A stretch of 64,000 bases of DNA from NCBI GenBank assembly GCA_043228905.1, contig JBHGNT010000009.1, positions 14,756,001-14,820,000 of the forward strand. Reading direction: 5' to 3'. Shown piece after piece: positions 35,240 to 47,100 of this stretch (position 1 is its first letter; the number at the start of each line of letters is the position of its first letter). This DNA is from Azolla caroliniana. Lineage: Eukaryota > Plantae > Polypodiophyta. The position numbers and the translations under genes are program-made. The notes beneath the pieces were generated by a model that was given only the letters and a program-made list of their open reading frames with translations, was not told the origin of the DNA and made no database searches.

Positions 35240-38200
35240 ACTGTACGATAGGTAGGAAATTTTGCTTCTCCAACAACGGAGGGTGTATGCTAGTCGGCAT
35301 CGTTGGCCGAGAAAAGGCAAGGGCGGAAGTGCAACTTCGAGCGTGCGGAGTTCTCGGCCCGGACGAGGAAATCAGCGGAGCCGTGGAGGCGGTCTCCTTC
35401 GACGACACCTTGGGAATGCTGAGGAAGGTAGCCAGAGAAGACCTTAGCAAAGACCGGATGATACCGGTATGTTCCGAAGAGATGTACGAAGTCATCGCGA
35501 ACTTCAGTCGGGGGCTCTGGTCGGATCGGACGGCCCGAGTTAGCATGAAGTACAAGACTGTGGACCGGAAGGTAAGGCCAATCGCGGCACCCTTACCGGA
35601 GGGCAGCGAGTCCCGAATCAGAGGGGTTGCATCGGACCCCAGTTTACGAGATCCGGCCTGCATAGGACACACCTTCACCGACGGGACGCTTTGGGAGCTC
35701 AAGATCGGTGGGGGCGGGTTCCTACTGCCGGCAGAGGAGGACCGGTTTCGGAGGATGCTCGGAAGGCACGGGAAAGCCTTCGCATTCTCACCGGAAGAGA
35801 TCGGGTGCGTAGACCCGACAATCGTGGAGCCGATGGTGATATTCACGGTACCGCATGTACCGTGGAATCTCAAGCCGATTCTAGTATCGAAAGCTCACAT
35901 CCCGAAGTTGATGGAGCTATTGAGGCAGAAAGTCGATATGGGCATTCTCGAACCGTCAAGTGCCCCATACTCGAACCGATGGTTTACCGTACCAAAGAAA
36001 AACGGAACATTGCGCTTCATTCAAGACCTGCAGCCGGTCAACAGAGTGACCATTCGGAACGCAGGAATCGGACCAACCATAGACGAGTTCGCGGAGGCCT
36101 TCGCCGGAAGGTCGATTTACTCGGTCGGTGATCTGTACTCGGGGTACGACCAGTTCTAGCTAGCCGTGGAGAGCAGAGACATTACGACGATGCGAACTCC
36201 CCTCGGCCTAGTGCGAATGTGTACCCTGCCACAAGGAGGGACCAACTCGGTGGCCCACATGGTGAATGCAATGAACAAGGTACTGAGGGATTGCATCCCG
36301 GACATCACCATGCCATTTCTAGACGACATTCCGATCAAGTGGTGCCCGGTAGAAGAGAAGGACACAACACTCGGACCGGATGGATGCCGGCGATTCGTGG
36401 CAACACACATCGACGACTACGAGAAGGTACTACAAAAGCTAGAGGATGCGAGGCTCACCTTCTCCGGGGAGAAATCGGCCTTCGGGCAATCGGAAATCCT
36501 GGTGGTCGGACACCTATGTGGACCATATGGCCGGAAGTCGTCTCCGACAAAGGTAGAAGCCATCTCCGCGTTGAAGACCGACTGTAGCTCGGTTACGGAA
36601 GTTCGGAGGTTCCTGGGGGCATGCACATTCTACCACATATGGATCCCGCATTACGCCGACGTTGCGGAGCCGCTATACGGGTTGCTGAAGAAAGGGCGAA
36701 AATTCGAGTGGCGAGACGAGCACACGGAGTCGGTCCGGAAGCTGAAGGAAGCTCTTGCGGCAACACCGGCGCTCCAGAAGGCTGTCTACGAGAAGGGTAC
36801 CCCGGTATACATAACGGTGGATACTAGCCCGACCGGGATCGGATGGGTCATCAACCAAGAAGACGAGGACGACACCCGGTTCCCGATCCGATTCGGCGCG
36901 AAGGTCCTCAGTGAGCGACAGCGAGGGTACGCCCAGGTTAAACGCGAACTCTGGGGTATCGTTTCGGCAGTAAAGGCCGACAAAGACTACCTGATCGGGA
37001 CGGAAGTGATTATCGGGACGGATTGCCTGCCAATTCTCGGCATGGTTTCCGGATGCACGACACCGGACCTGGCGATGCTCAGGTGGATAGCGTACGTCAA
37101 GTCCCTGGATCCGGAAATACGGCACATTTCCGGAAAGGACAACGCCATGGCAGACATGCTTTCGAGGGCGAGGTTTGATGACGAGGGCGGCATGGTTTCG
37201 GAGAACGAAGAAGTCGGCGTGGACTTCTTCGAGGCGGCGTACGTGACGACCGATGGGACGAGCACTCTGGCACTTAACGACTTCAACGAGAGCAAGTACG
37301 ACGGCGAGTGGCTCCAGATTGGTGGATTTTTGAGGACAATGACATCGGATGCGTCATTGACGAAGGACGAGGCCAACCGGATCCGGAAGAAAGCTTACCG
37401 ATTCTTTCTCCGGGACGGATACTTATGGAAGCACCCGAAGAAGAGGAATGGCGTCCCGCTCCGGGTGGTGGCGATAAAGGAAGAACAGGAGGAGCTGCTG
37501 ACGGCTTACCACGACAGCCCTTGGGCTGGTCACCGTGGAACGTGGGCCACGTTCGAGAAGATAAAGGGGAAGTACTGGTGGCCGGGACTGTACCGGGACG
37601 TGCATCGGTTCGTGACAACTTGCGAGAGCTGCCAGATGCACTCCATAGTTCGGCATCGGGACGAGCTTCACCCTATGTACCCTCCGACCGTCCACTTCAA
37701 ATGGATGGTAGATCTGGTGACGATGCCGATGGGCGTAGGACAGATGCGGTATCTGCTCCTGGCTCGGGAAGATCTGACGAACCAGGTGGAAGGCCGAGCC
37801 CTTCAGAACAAAACGACCGCGGCCGTATGTCGGTTCCTGATTGAGGATGTGATATGCTGGTACGGGTGCGTCGGGAAGATCGTGGCTGATCGCAGGGAGT
37901 TGGACGCCGAAGAGGCCGAGGAGCTGTTCGACCGGCTAGGAGTCAAGCTCTCGCTTACCACTGCGTACAATCCGGAGGCGAATGGGAAGGTGGAGCGCGG
38001 ACACGGACCGATCGTCAAGGCGTTAGTTCGGGCATGCGGGGGGCAAGTCGGGAACTGGCCACGGCTGCTGCCTTACGCGTTGTGGGCGGACCGAACTACG
38101 CACAGTTCAGTAACCGGATTCATGCCGGCAGAGCTCATGTTTGGGCAGAAGCCGATCATGCCGATGGAACGTACGATCTCCTCATGGGCAACCGTGGCCT

Positions 38201-38646
38201 GGAGAGATGAGATGAGCCGGGAGGAACTGTTGGCGGCGCGCATACGACAGCTCGAGCGAAGACCGGAGGACGTGGAGCAGGCTGCGGAAAAGCTTCGGGA
38301 AGCAAGGATGAGGAACAAAGCCCGGTTCGACCGAACGCACCGGCTCCGACCGAAGAAGATCGAGGAAGGCGACTGGGTGCTAGTCTACGACAACAGCCTC
38401 GACAACCAGCACCGAGCGACACGGAAGTTCGTGAGAAGGTGGTTCGGGCCTTACGTGGTACAAAGCGCCAACGACAACGGGACGTACCATCTGGCGGAAC
38501 TCGACGGCACGAGAATGGCGATACCGGTAGCTGGGAAGAGGATCAAAGCGTTCAAGAAGCGTCACGACGACGAGCCGGATCTGGTTGACCTGGACCGCGA
38601 CGACGAACGATCCAAAACCGAGGAAGAACCGACGGGCGGAGAATGA
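35173..38646 (+). pseudogene. pol: pol (RT-RH-INT) of element F in the -1 frame, with one TAG at 36157-36159
   Basis: The frame is open from 35173 through ORFs 35287-36159 and 36166-38646 (same frame). TMPFLDDIPIK, TVDTSPTGIG, WAGHRG, CESCQ, YNPEANGKVER, WFGPY. Confidence 0.9.
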
Positions 38647-39346
38647 AGGCTGGACCGGTTTTCTCCATCCCAACACAATTTGGCGCATGCCGGTGGATGC
38701 GCGGTTAGGTGGGGGCGGATGTCGTGAAGAAAACCGTCCACAAGCGGAATCGGTGCACCGGAGCGTAGGAACCGGCTCTTCATGCACGTGCGCCTTATGT
38801 TGTACATAGGAGATCCTAGGCAGGCAGATTCGGTAGGTAGGAAGTAAAGGGGAAACGGCTCCTTCCTTGCCTATAAAAGGAGGGAGACGAGGAGGGAAAA
38901 AGGGATCGCGGAGAGTCGAGGACGAAGTGCTATCGGTTGGTGGGCGAGGGCTTCTCTCTCTCTCTGGTTTGCAAACGCCATAGCTTCCTCCTGTGCAGGT
39001 TTCGGGAGGCTCGCGCTGCTCTGAGGAATGCCCGAGTGCTTCCGGTAGCACCTCCAACCTACTCCTTCCTTTCTGTGCATTTACGAACAGGTATCGGCAT
39101 CTGTTCGCCAGCCTGTTCGGTTGTAACCGACTCCGTGTTGTGTTGTTTGTCTTTGTTAATACATACATACGTTCGTGTCTCTCTGTGTCGCTGTCCCACT
39201 CGCGTCTTTGTGTCGAAGGGCCGTGTCCCTGTGAATCTACTCTCGCACGTAGTGGGTCTCTTCTCCTTTCTCTCTTGCTCTTCAGTAAAGGACCCTCGAG
39301 GTCCCGCCTCATTCCACGCATCGGCGAGGAATACCTCGACACCGTT

Positions 39347-40024
39347 TTCACGTCAGGTTCACCACTTGTGTCGTGCCTCTCGGCGCCGGATCGTTACGTG
39401 AGTCAGGTGGGAACCGCTGGGGTTTTGGACTAGGAGAGGAGATCGTGAGATAGAGATTAATTATGAGTAGATAGCAAAGAGAAAGATAAGAAACTCGTGA
39501 ATCACACGAGTATACTATATTAATTGGTACTTAGGTTGTTAAGAAAGAAGTAGATGCATAAATTGTGAATCCCACGAATAATTTTTATATTGATCAATAC
39601 TTAATCCAAAAAAATAACCAACCCCTATACATCTTTCTCTCCTTCTTGTATAAGGACGGAAGAGGTTAAGCATAGCTTCTTGCTTTTCTAAAGTGTTCAT
39701 GCTCTCTGAATTTGCATGCTTTACTTTTCCCACTACGATTTCCTAAATTTAGCATTCATGCCCGCAAGATGTGCATGCGTAATTTTATTAGTGTGTATAT
39801 AAATAAAGTTTTCACACATTCTAAAAATGCATGACTTACCTTTTAATAAAGGTAGGCGAAATTAAAGGTTTTATACATATTAAATCTATATATGAAACAC
39901 TCAGAATAACTTAGCATAATGGTAAGGTTGGAGTTTGTCTGCATGGAGGTGTGTAGGGTTCGAATCTTGCCTTTTGCACGTAACAAAATTTTTAATGTTT
40001 CTTTTATTTACAATTGTGTCTCTT
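39347..40024 (-). mobile_element. PBS-Trp and 5' LTR of element E, cut by a copia LTR at 40025
   Basis: TTCACGTCAGGTTCACCA at 39347-39364. LTR from 39369 is homologous to the D LTRs. Confidence 0.85.
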
Positions 40025-40870
40025 TGTTGAGAATCAAGCTCAACTTGGTCTAGTGTGTGAACTCACCTTGAGAGTGAAGAGACACTCCAATGGTCAAGAG
40101 TCACCATTATGTCACCACTTTGTATTCTAGCCTTTAGTATGAGTCATAGAATCATATTCTATGACACATAACTTATGAGCTTTCACATTCCCCATGCTCC
40201 ATGAGGCTTGTAGTTAATGAAGAGAGAGGGTGACTACATAAAGCACCCTCCTCCCACCTTGTATAATGTAGTGTCTTTCTCCTTTGTCAATATACCTTTA
40301 CCTTGCGTATTCTTTGTCTCTCTCACTCTCTCACTCTCTCTCTCTCTCTCATACACACACATAACTCATATCACTTCCGCTTCACAAGAATCAATCTCTT
40401 GATTCTTTACATGGTATCAGAGCGTATGAGCCGACTCAATATCGGCAACTCATCGGGAGTCTAATCTACCTCACTATCACTCGACCCGATCTCAGTTATC
40501 CAGTCGGTCTCCTTAGCCAATTCATGCAAACACCGCGTGATACTCACTTGGATTGCGCTAAGCGAGTTCTACGATATGTGAGCGACACAATGGATTGCGG
40601 CATCCTCTACAAGACCGCGATGCCAATATGACTCAAGGGGTACATAGACGCCGATTGAGCCGGCTACAAAGCTGATAGAAGATCAACCTCCGTATTTGTT
40701 TTCTCTCTTGGCAACGGAGCAATATCCTGGAGTAGCAAGAAGCAGCCTACTGTCGCTCTTTCGAGTACGGAGGCAGAATATAGGGGCGTAGCCGTAGCTG
40801 CATGTGAAGCCATATGGCTCAAGAGGATTTTGAAGGATCTGGGCGTACCCATCAAGGATCCGACTCATTT
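40025..40870 (+). mobile_element. Internally deleted copia: LTR 40025-40411, PBS-Met 40412-40423, then an RT-end/RNase H remnant
   Basis: TGTTGAG...[50 protein letters not shown]. Confidence 0.8.
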
Positions 40871-41878
40871 CTGACGAGCCGGATGTTGAAGCCATCTGTG
40901 TTGGCATGATAGACTTTGTCCGGAGTTAGCTACGAACTATGATGGAGTGCAACAACTTGGCTCACTCGATGTTGTTCTAGCCGAAGTTGGACACAATCCG
41001 TGCTTATTACAAATATCAATGAATCCTGTTCGGAGTGACCTAAACTCTAGACCCTAAACCCTAAACCCGGATTTGATGATTCGATTTTTTTTCGAAATTT
41101 CTCAACACGGATTATATGCAATAGTCCAGGCCGATCCTATTTCGGTTAACTACAACAATGAGTGGGATGGATCCGCCTGGTCCTCCCGAATGTCGTTCAG
41201 TCGAATGAAACACAAATTGGGGTTGCCCCTGGAGTCGTGTTTGCTTCAGGTGACTACGATGAGTAGGAGAAAAGCGTCAGATGACCTATTCGATTTCCGC
41301 CTAGCCGAGTGAAGCAATGATTTGGCCTAGTCAAGATAGAAGTCTCACTCCGAGCGGCTACGAGTGACCTAGAACAGTAGAGTGCAGACTTCATCACATT
41401 TCTCTTTGCATAAACAATCTTGTTTTAGGTCGCCTGTCGAGATCAGCTAAGATCTTCAGGATACACAAATGAGAGTTGTCGATGGAGACTAGATAGAAGG
41501 CGGCAACAAAATCAAATAGACAACCAAGCTCTGATACCAGATGTTGCAAACACCGCCATCTAATGCGGAACTTAGTCGACCCTCTCTATTTGAAGATCAT
41601 AAGATTATGTACAAACAAGAAAGATCAATGGCAACATGAGCAGAAAACAATATGCAACAAGTACGCAACAGAGAGTTAGACACAGCTAGGCACAATGTCA
41701 ACGAAGTTTATTTCCACTTTTTACAAAAAATGAGCAACCAACCGTAACTAGGTTACAAAGTCAGTTTACATACTGACTAAGGGCAACTGCCCTTCTCACT
41801 ATTAACATAAGTAGCCTAAGTGTAGTGTGTTCAAAAGGAGACAGTGTGAATACGTCCATTAGAAACCCGTATTCAACA
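40871..41878 (-). mobile_element. Truncated Met-primed LTR element in reverse orientation (LTR 41542-41878)
   Basis: GCTCTGATACCA at 41528-41539 beside a segment bounded by TGTTG...CAACA. Internal part not recognised. Confidence 0.6.
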
Positions 41879-42659
41879 ATGTTTTCTCCCTCGTCAGCGG
41901 AGCAATATCCTGGAGTAACAAGAAGCAGCCAACTGTTGGCTGCATGTGAAGCCGTATGGCTCAAGAGGATTTTGAAGGATTTGGGCATTCCCATCAAGGA
42001 TCTGACTCCCCTTTACTATGTCAACATGAGCAATATTTATCTGGCTCAGAACCTGATGTTCCACGCACACACGAAGCATATCGAGATGAAGTATCACTTC
42101 ATCCGAGAACGCGTTCAGGCTTGATATGTCAACCTTCAACATATCAACATGAATCTTCAGATAGCCGACATCTTTACCAAAGCTCTAGAAGCTGACAAGC
42201 TTCGGCAATTCAGTACAAGAGAGAACCGGATATCAGCCGACGCGGACATCAACCGAAAGGAACCGACCCGAGTTGAGCTTGAGGGGGCATGTTGAGAATC
42301 AAGCTCAACCTAGACTAGTGTGTGAACACACCTTTGAGAATCTATGAGCACTCAAAGGTCAAAAGTCACCATTACTCTCTACACATTAACTACATGTCAA
42401 CTAATGAGTTTCCACATTCCCCATGACCGATGAGCTTCGGTAGTTAATGAAGAGAGAGGGTGACTATATAAAGCACCCTCCTCCTACTTTGTAATGTGTC
42501 AATTAATCTCCTTTGTAACATACATCTTCTTGAGTATTCTATTTTCCATTCTATCTATCTTGTGTCTCGCTCCTCTCCTCTTCTCAAACACACACACACA
42601 CAACACAACACACATCTCTAACTTATTCCATTGCACACAATCACCATTGATTCTTTACA
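41879..42659 (+). mobile_element. Copia 3' remnant: RNase H, PPT and 3' LTR 42290-42659
   Basis: FHAHTKHIEMKYHFIRE, IADIFTKAL, GAGGGGGCA then TGTTGAGAATC...TTACA. Confidence 0.85.
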
Positions 42660-43017
42660 TTAATAAATTATGGGTCGAAGCATGCTACGGTGTACCAACT
42701 TTTGGCCAAAAATTTAGTACTAAATCGAAGAAGAAAATAAACATTAAAAATTGTAAATAAGTTTCAAAAAACAAAAAACAAATTCATTACGTCACACTCG
42801 AATGCACAAAGATATTGTACGTCACACTCGAAATGTCCCTAGGCCATATTTAATACATTAATTGTTGCCCCAGTCTCCTAGGTAGAGTTGTACGAAAGCA
42901 CACCTGGAGAAGGTATCCATTGTGACAGTTGGTCAGTCTCAGTATCTCTCTCTCTCTCTCTCTCTCTGGTATGGGTAGTCGAACGTGTCAATTGGTATGT
43001 CTCTCTCTCTCACTCAC

Positions 43018-43079
<62 letters not shown>

Positions 43080-43368
43080 GTCTCGAAGTTGTCAGACAGA
43101 CAGTGGCAGAAAGTTAAAGAAAGACGACATATATATTACAGGTCTATCTCTCTGTTTCTTTCTTTCACTCCACCTTCGATTCTTTCTGTTTTTTTCTTTC
43201 AAAGCTCTGTTTCTTTCTTTCTTTCTGTTTCTCTCTCTCACTCCACCTTCGATGCTCTGTTTCCCCGCGTAGCTGTTCTTGTGTTCCCCTCTGTGCCAGG
43301 TTCGATCTCTGAACGCAGAGATTTTTGTTTCCCCTGCTCGTTGTATGTGTTGTTGATTTTCCTTCCTT

Positions 43369-43660
43369 GTGTATGCTCGTTTGTTTCCTCTGTCTATGCT
43401 CGTTTGTCTCCTCTGCAGCAGCCTCGTTTGTCGAAATCAACACGGTCTGGTACCTCTGCAAGTTGTACAACCTCCAGGTATTCTCTGTGTTGCATGCCCA
43501 ATACTCAATGTTTTCTTTTTCTGAATGTTTCCTGTCTGTCTGTATGCTCGTTTGTTTCCTCTGTCTATGCTCGTTTGTCTCCTCTGCAGCAGCCTCGTTT
43601 GTCGAAATCAACACGGTCTGGTACCTCTGCAAGTTGTACAACCTCCAGGTATTCTCTGTG
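43369..43660 (+). repeat. About 120-bp direct duplication near the left end of the transposon, downstream of a (CT)n tract at about 43001-43076
   Basis: TGTATGCTCGTTTGTTTCCTCTG...CCTCCAGGTATTCTCTGTGTT at about 43370 and about 43541. Confidence 0.85.
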
Positions 43661-44194
43661 TTTTTGTTTTCTCTGTGTTTCTCTGTGTTCCTTTTAAAAA
43701 TGTATGAAAATATTTTGATCGAGGTGGTTGTGTGTTAGACATGTTTGTACATGCAACGTAAATGGAGTTGGCTATGATGAGTTGCTATGTTTTCGTTTTG
43801 TTCTTGTTTCTTGTCCATCTGTTTTATTTTGTGTGAGTTTGACATGGATGAGTGTTTTTCCGACTATTTTGGGTTTTTGTGTGTTTGACATGGCTTGTAC
43901 ATGCGATGTGATGGAGTTGGCTATGATGATTTACAATGTTTTCGTTGGCTTGTGTGTTTTACGATGTGATGGAGTTGGCTTGTACATGCGATGCGATGAT
44001 TTACAATGATTTACAATGATGGAGTTGGCTATGATGATTTACAATGGAGTTTTTTTCCGACTATTTAGGGTTATTGTGTGTTTGACATGGTTTGTACATG
44101 CAATGAGATGATTTGCTATGTGTTGATGGTAATTGCTTGAGTTTTCTTCTAGTACATGCATATTCATTCCCTGAGAATTGTGTTGACTAGGACA

Positions 44195-47100
44195 ATGACG
44201 AGAAGGACACCCATAAAGAAGACATTGATGAAAGAGAAAGTGAAGACACCAGTGAAGGAAGGAAGAAGGACACCCATGAAAGAAAGCAAGAAGACACCCA
44301 CAAGAGAAAGGGTGATGAATTCATCAACACAGAGAAAGAAGATGTACCACTCCATCAGTCGAGACACACCTCTTGGATGGAATTATTTCCTTCGAGCACG
44401 ACCTGACGTGTATCCAGAGCTGAGAGAGTGGTTGTTAAAAACCTGGGGGTCAGCACATCCCGACACAAGGCGAGGATTCCACATAAGTGGTTTGAAGAGG
44501 GAATACATGAATTTATTGAAGACGAGATACGAACATGTTTATGATACAAATCAAATCACTAACAATGAGGTGGGTACTGTTTTTGCACGTGCTTTTGCAT
44601 GTGAAGTTCAAGGTGGCATTGACGTAAATTGGGAAGATTTTAATCGGCACCGGTCAGAACATTACAAAGGGTCCTCCAGTACCAACACTGGCTTGAAGTC
44701 ATCTGGAACCTCTCATGTGGATATTCTAGCTATAACACCTATCCACCAAGTTCTAGAGGCAAAGGTACGGGCCACAATGACTGAAAAGCATGAACAGATG
44801 ATGGCCGGTTGCATAGCTTCTATGAGCTCAAGAATACAAACACTACTTGCTGATTTGGAAGCAGTTAAATCAGCTGAGATACAGGCAGAAAAGAAATTTT
44901 CTTCAATAAAAACTACATATGAATGGATTGCATCGACAATCCAAAATTCAGAAAGTGAGGTCTTGAAAGAGGAGTTGAAGAAAGAGCTAAACAATATGGG
45001 CACTCAATTAGGTTCACAGATGAGAGACCTTGATACTTGCAGGAATGCACATGAAGAAATAGATAATAAGTTGTCAGCCTTAAAGTTGCATTCTGAGAAC
45101 CTTGCATGCTTGATGCAGGATTTAAAACAAAATGGTTTTGATACTTTGTGTCCATCTGTAATTGAGCACCCAAGTGGTATAGAAAGTACCATTATTAGTA
45201 TAGCTATATCACGGTATTGGCTTTAAAAGTTATTTATTTCTACTTCTTTGGTATAAATAAGTGAGCAACTAATATATTATAACTTGTGTTTGCAATCTTC
45301 CAGGTGTATATTTTGTGGCCTCGGATTCAAGCTGGAGGCTATGGATGTTGTGATTACACCATGCTTGCACACATATCATGTGCTATGTGCTAAGTATCAT
45401 TTTGAGAAAGAGAATACATGTATGGACTGTAAAACTACAATTGCGGCTGAGTGGTACTATGCTTGGGGTTTAAAAGTACACCCGTACGGTATGTGGCTCT
45501 ACTATTCTATTGTTTGTATTATATGATGTCAATTAACATTTGGACTAGAACTAGTGTATGCCACAATTCATACTTCAAATTTAGTGTAATCTCTAACAAC
45601 TATTATGTGGAACCCTAATTATGTGGGTTAGTATTGGCAGTACTCTTAATATATAATTGGTATGTGTAGTTGAAGGGATATTTTCCACAATTAGTAGTAC
45701 TAAAAGGGAACCAGGTACAACATCGTCCAATCTATATTGCAACTTGCCTAGTATTAGTTTAGTAAACACTATACTTATAGTACACTGTTGACTGTTAAGA
45801 TTGTTTGTGTAACTTGGGAATTAGTACTAGTAATGTAATTTGGGAACAAGGTGTATAGTAAATTGTTGAATAATAGTACAATTATTGTAATTTGGAAATG
45901 AGGTGTGTCAAACACATATCACGTTTAGTACTAATACTGTTCAAGATTAATACTGTTGGTGTAATTAGTACAAGTTATGTAACTAGGTGTGTAGAAGACA
46001 TATCATGTTTAGTATTACTTGTGTGCAAAATACCAATCTACATTTGTTGGATTAGTACTTAGTAAGTACTACATGGTTCATGATTAGTACTAGTTCTGTA
46101 CTTTGTGAACTAAGTTACTAGTACATTGCTCATGATTAATACTAGTTTTGTAATTTGGGAACTGAGTAGTACTTTGTTCCTTATTAGTACTAGTTTTGTA
46201 CCTTATTAGTACTAGATCAGTAATCTAGAAAATAAGTGAGTAGTACATTTTGTAGGATTAGTACTAATTGTGTAATTTGACTAAGTCAGTGGTACATTGT
46301 TGAGTAGTACATTGTTCAGGATTAGTACTAATTGTGTAATTTGACTAAGTCAGTGGTACATTGTTCGGGATTAGTACTCCTTGTGTAATTTGCTAACTAA
46401 GTGAGTAGTATATTGTGCATGATTAGTACTACTTGTGTAAATTGGGAACTAAGTGAGCAGTACATTGTTCGGGATTAGTACTCCTTGTGTAATTTGGTAA
46501 CTAAGTGAGTAGTATATTGTGCATGATTAGTATTACTTGTGTAAATTGGGAACTAAGTGAGCATTACGTTGTTCGGGATTAGTACTCCTTGTGTAATTTG
46601 CTAACTAAGTGAGTAGTATATTGTGCATGATTAGTACTACTTGTGTAAATTGGGAACTAAGTGAGCATTACGTTGTTCGGGATTAGTACTCCTTGTGTAA
46701 TTAGGTAACTAAGTGAGTAGTATATTGTGCATGATTAGTACTACTTGTGTAAATTGGGAACTAAGTGAGCAGTACATTGTTCGAGATTAGTACTCCTTGT
46801 GTAATTTGCTAACTAAGTGAGTAGTATATTGTGCATGATTAGTACTACTTGTGTAAATTGGGAACTAAGTGAGCATTACGTTGTTCGGCATTAGTACTCC
46901 TTGTGTAATTTGCTAACTAAGTGAGTAGTATATTGTGCATGATTAGTACTACTTGTGTAAATTGGGAACTAAGTGAGCATTACGTTGTTCGGGATTAGTA
47001 CTAGTTCAGTGATTTAGGAAATAAGTGAGTAGTACATTGTTCAAGATTAGTACTACTTATTAATTTGACTTAGTCAGTGGTACATTTTTCGGGATTAGTA

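Larger units (their letters stand above)
32393..39341 (+). mobile_element. Full-length young Trp-primed Ty3/Gypsy element F
   Basis: Near-identical LTRs 32393-33012 and 38720-39341 (TGTC...GACA). 4-bp TSD CCGT at 32389-32392 and 39342-39345. PBS 33016-33033, PPT AGGTGGGGGCGGA. Confidence 0.96.

Noticed and set aside
36157-36163. TAG CTAG as programmed stop-codon readthrough in F pol
   Set aside because: It lies inside the RT domain and paralog D has CAA at this codon, so a nonsense mutation is the simpler explanation.
40025-42659. One intact copia bounded by LTRs at 40025 and 42290
   Set aside because: The LTRs are clearly diverged, the flanks (CTCTT and TTAAT) do not match, and the RNase H segment occurs twice, so these are probably two remnants.
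42888-43738. 269-aa and overlapping ORFs at the transposon left end
   Set aside because: They arise from (CT)n and a local duplication and are low complexity; more likely promoter, UTR or intron.
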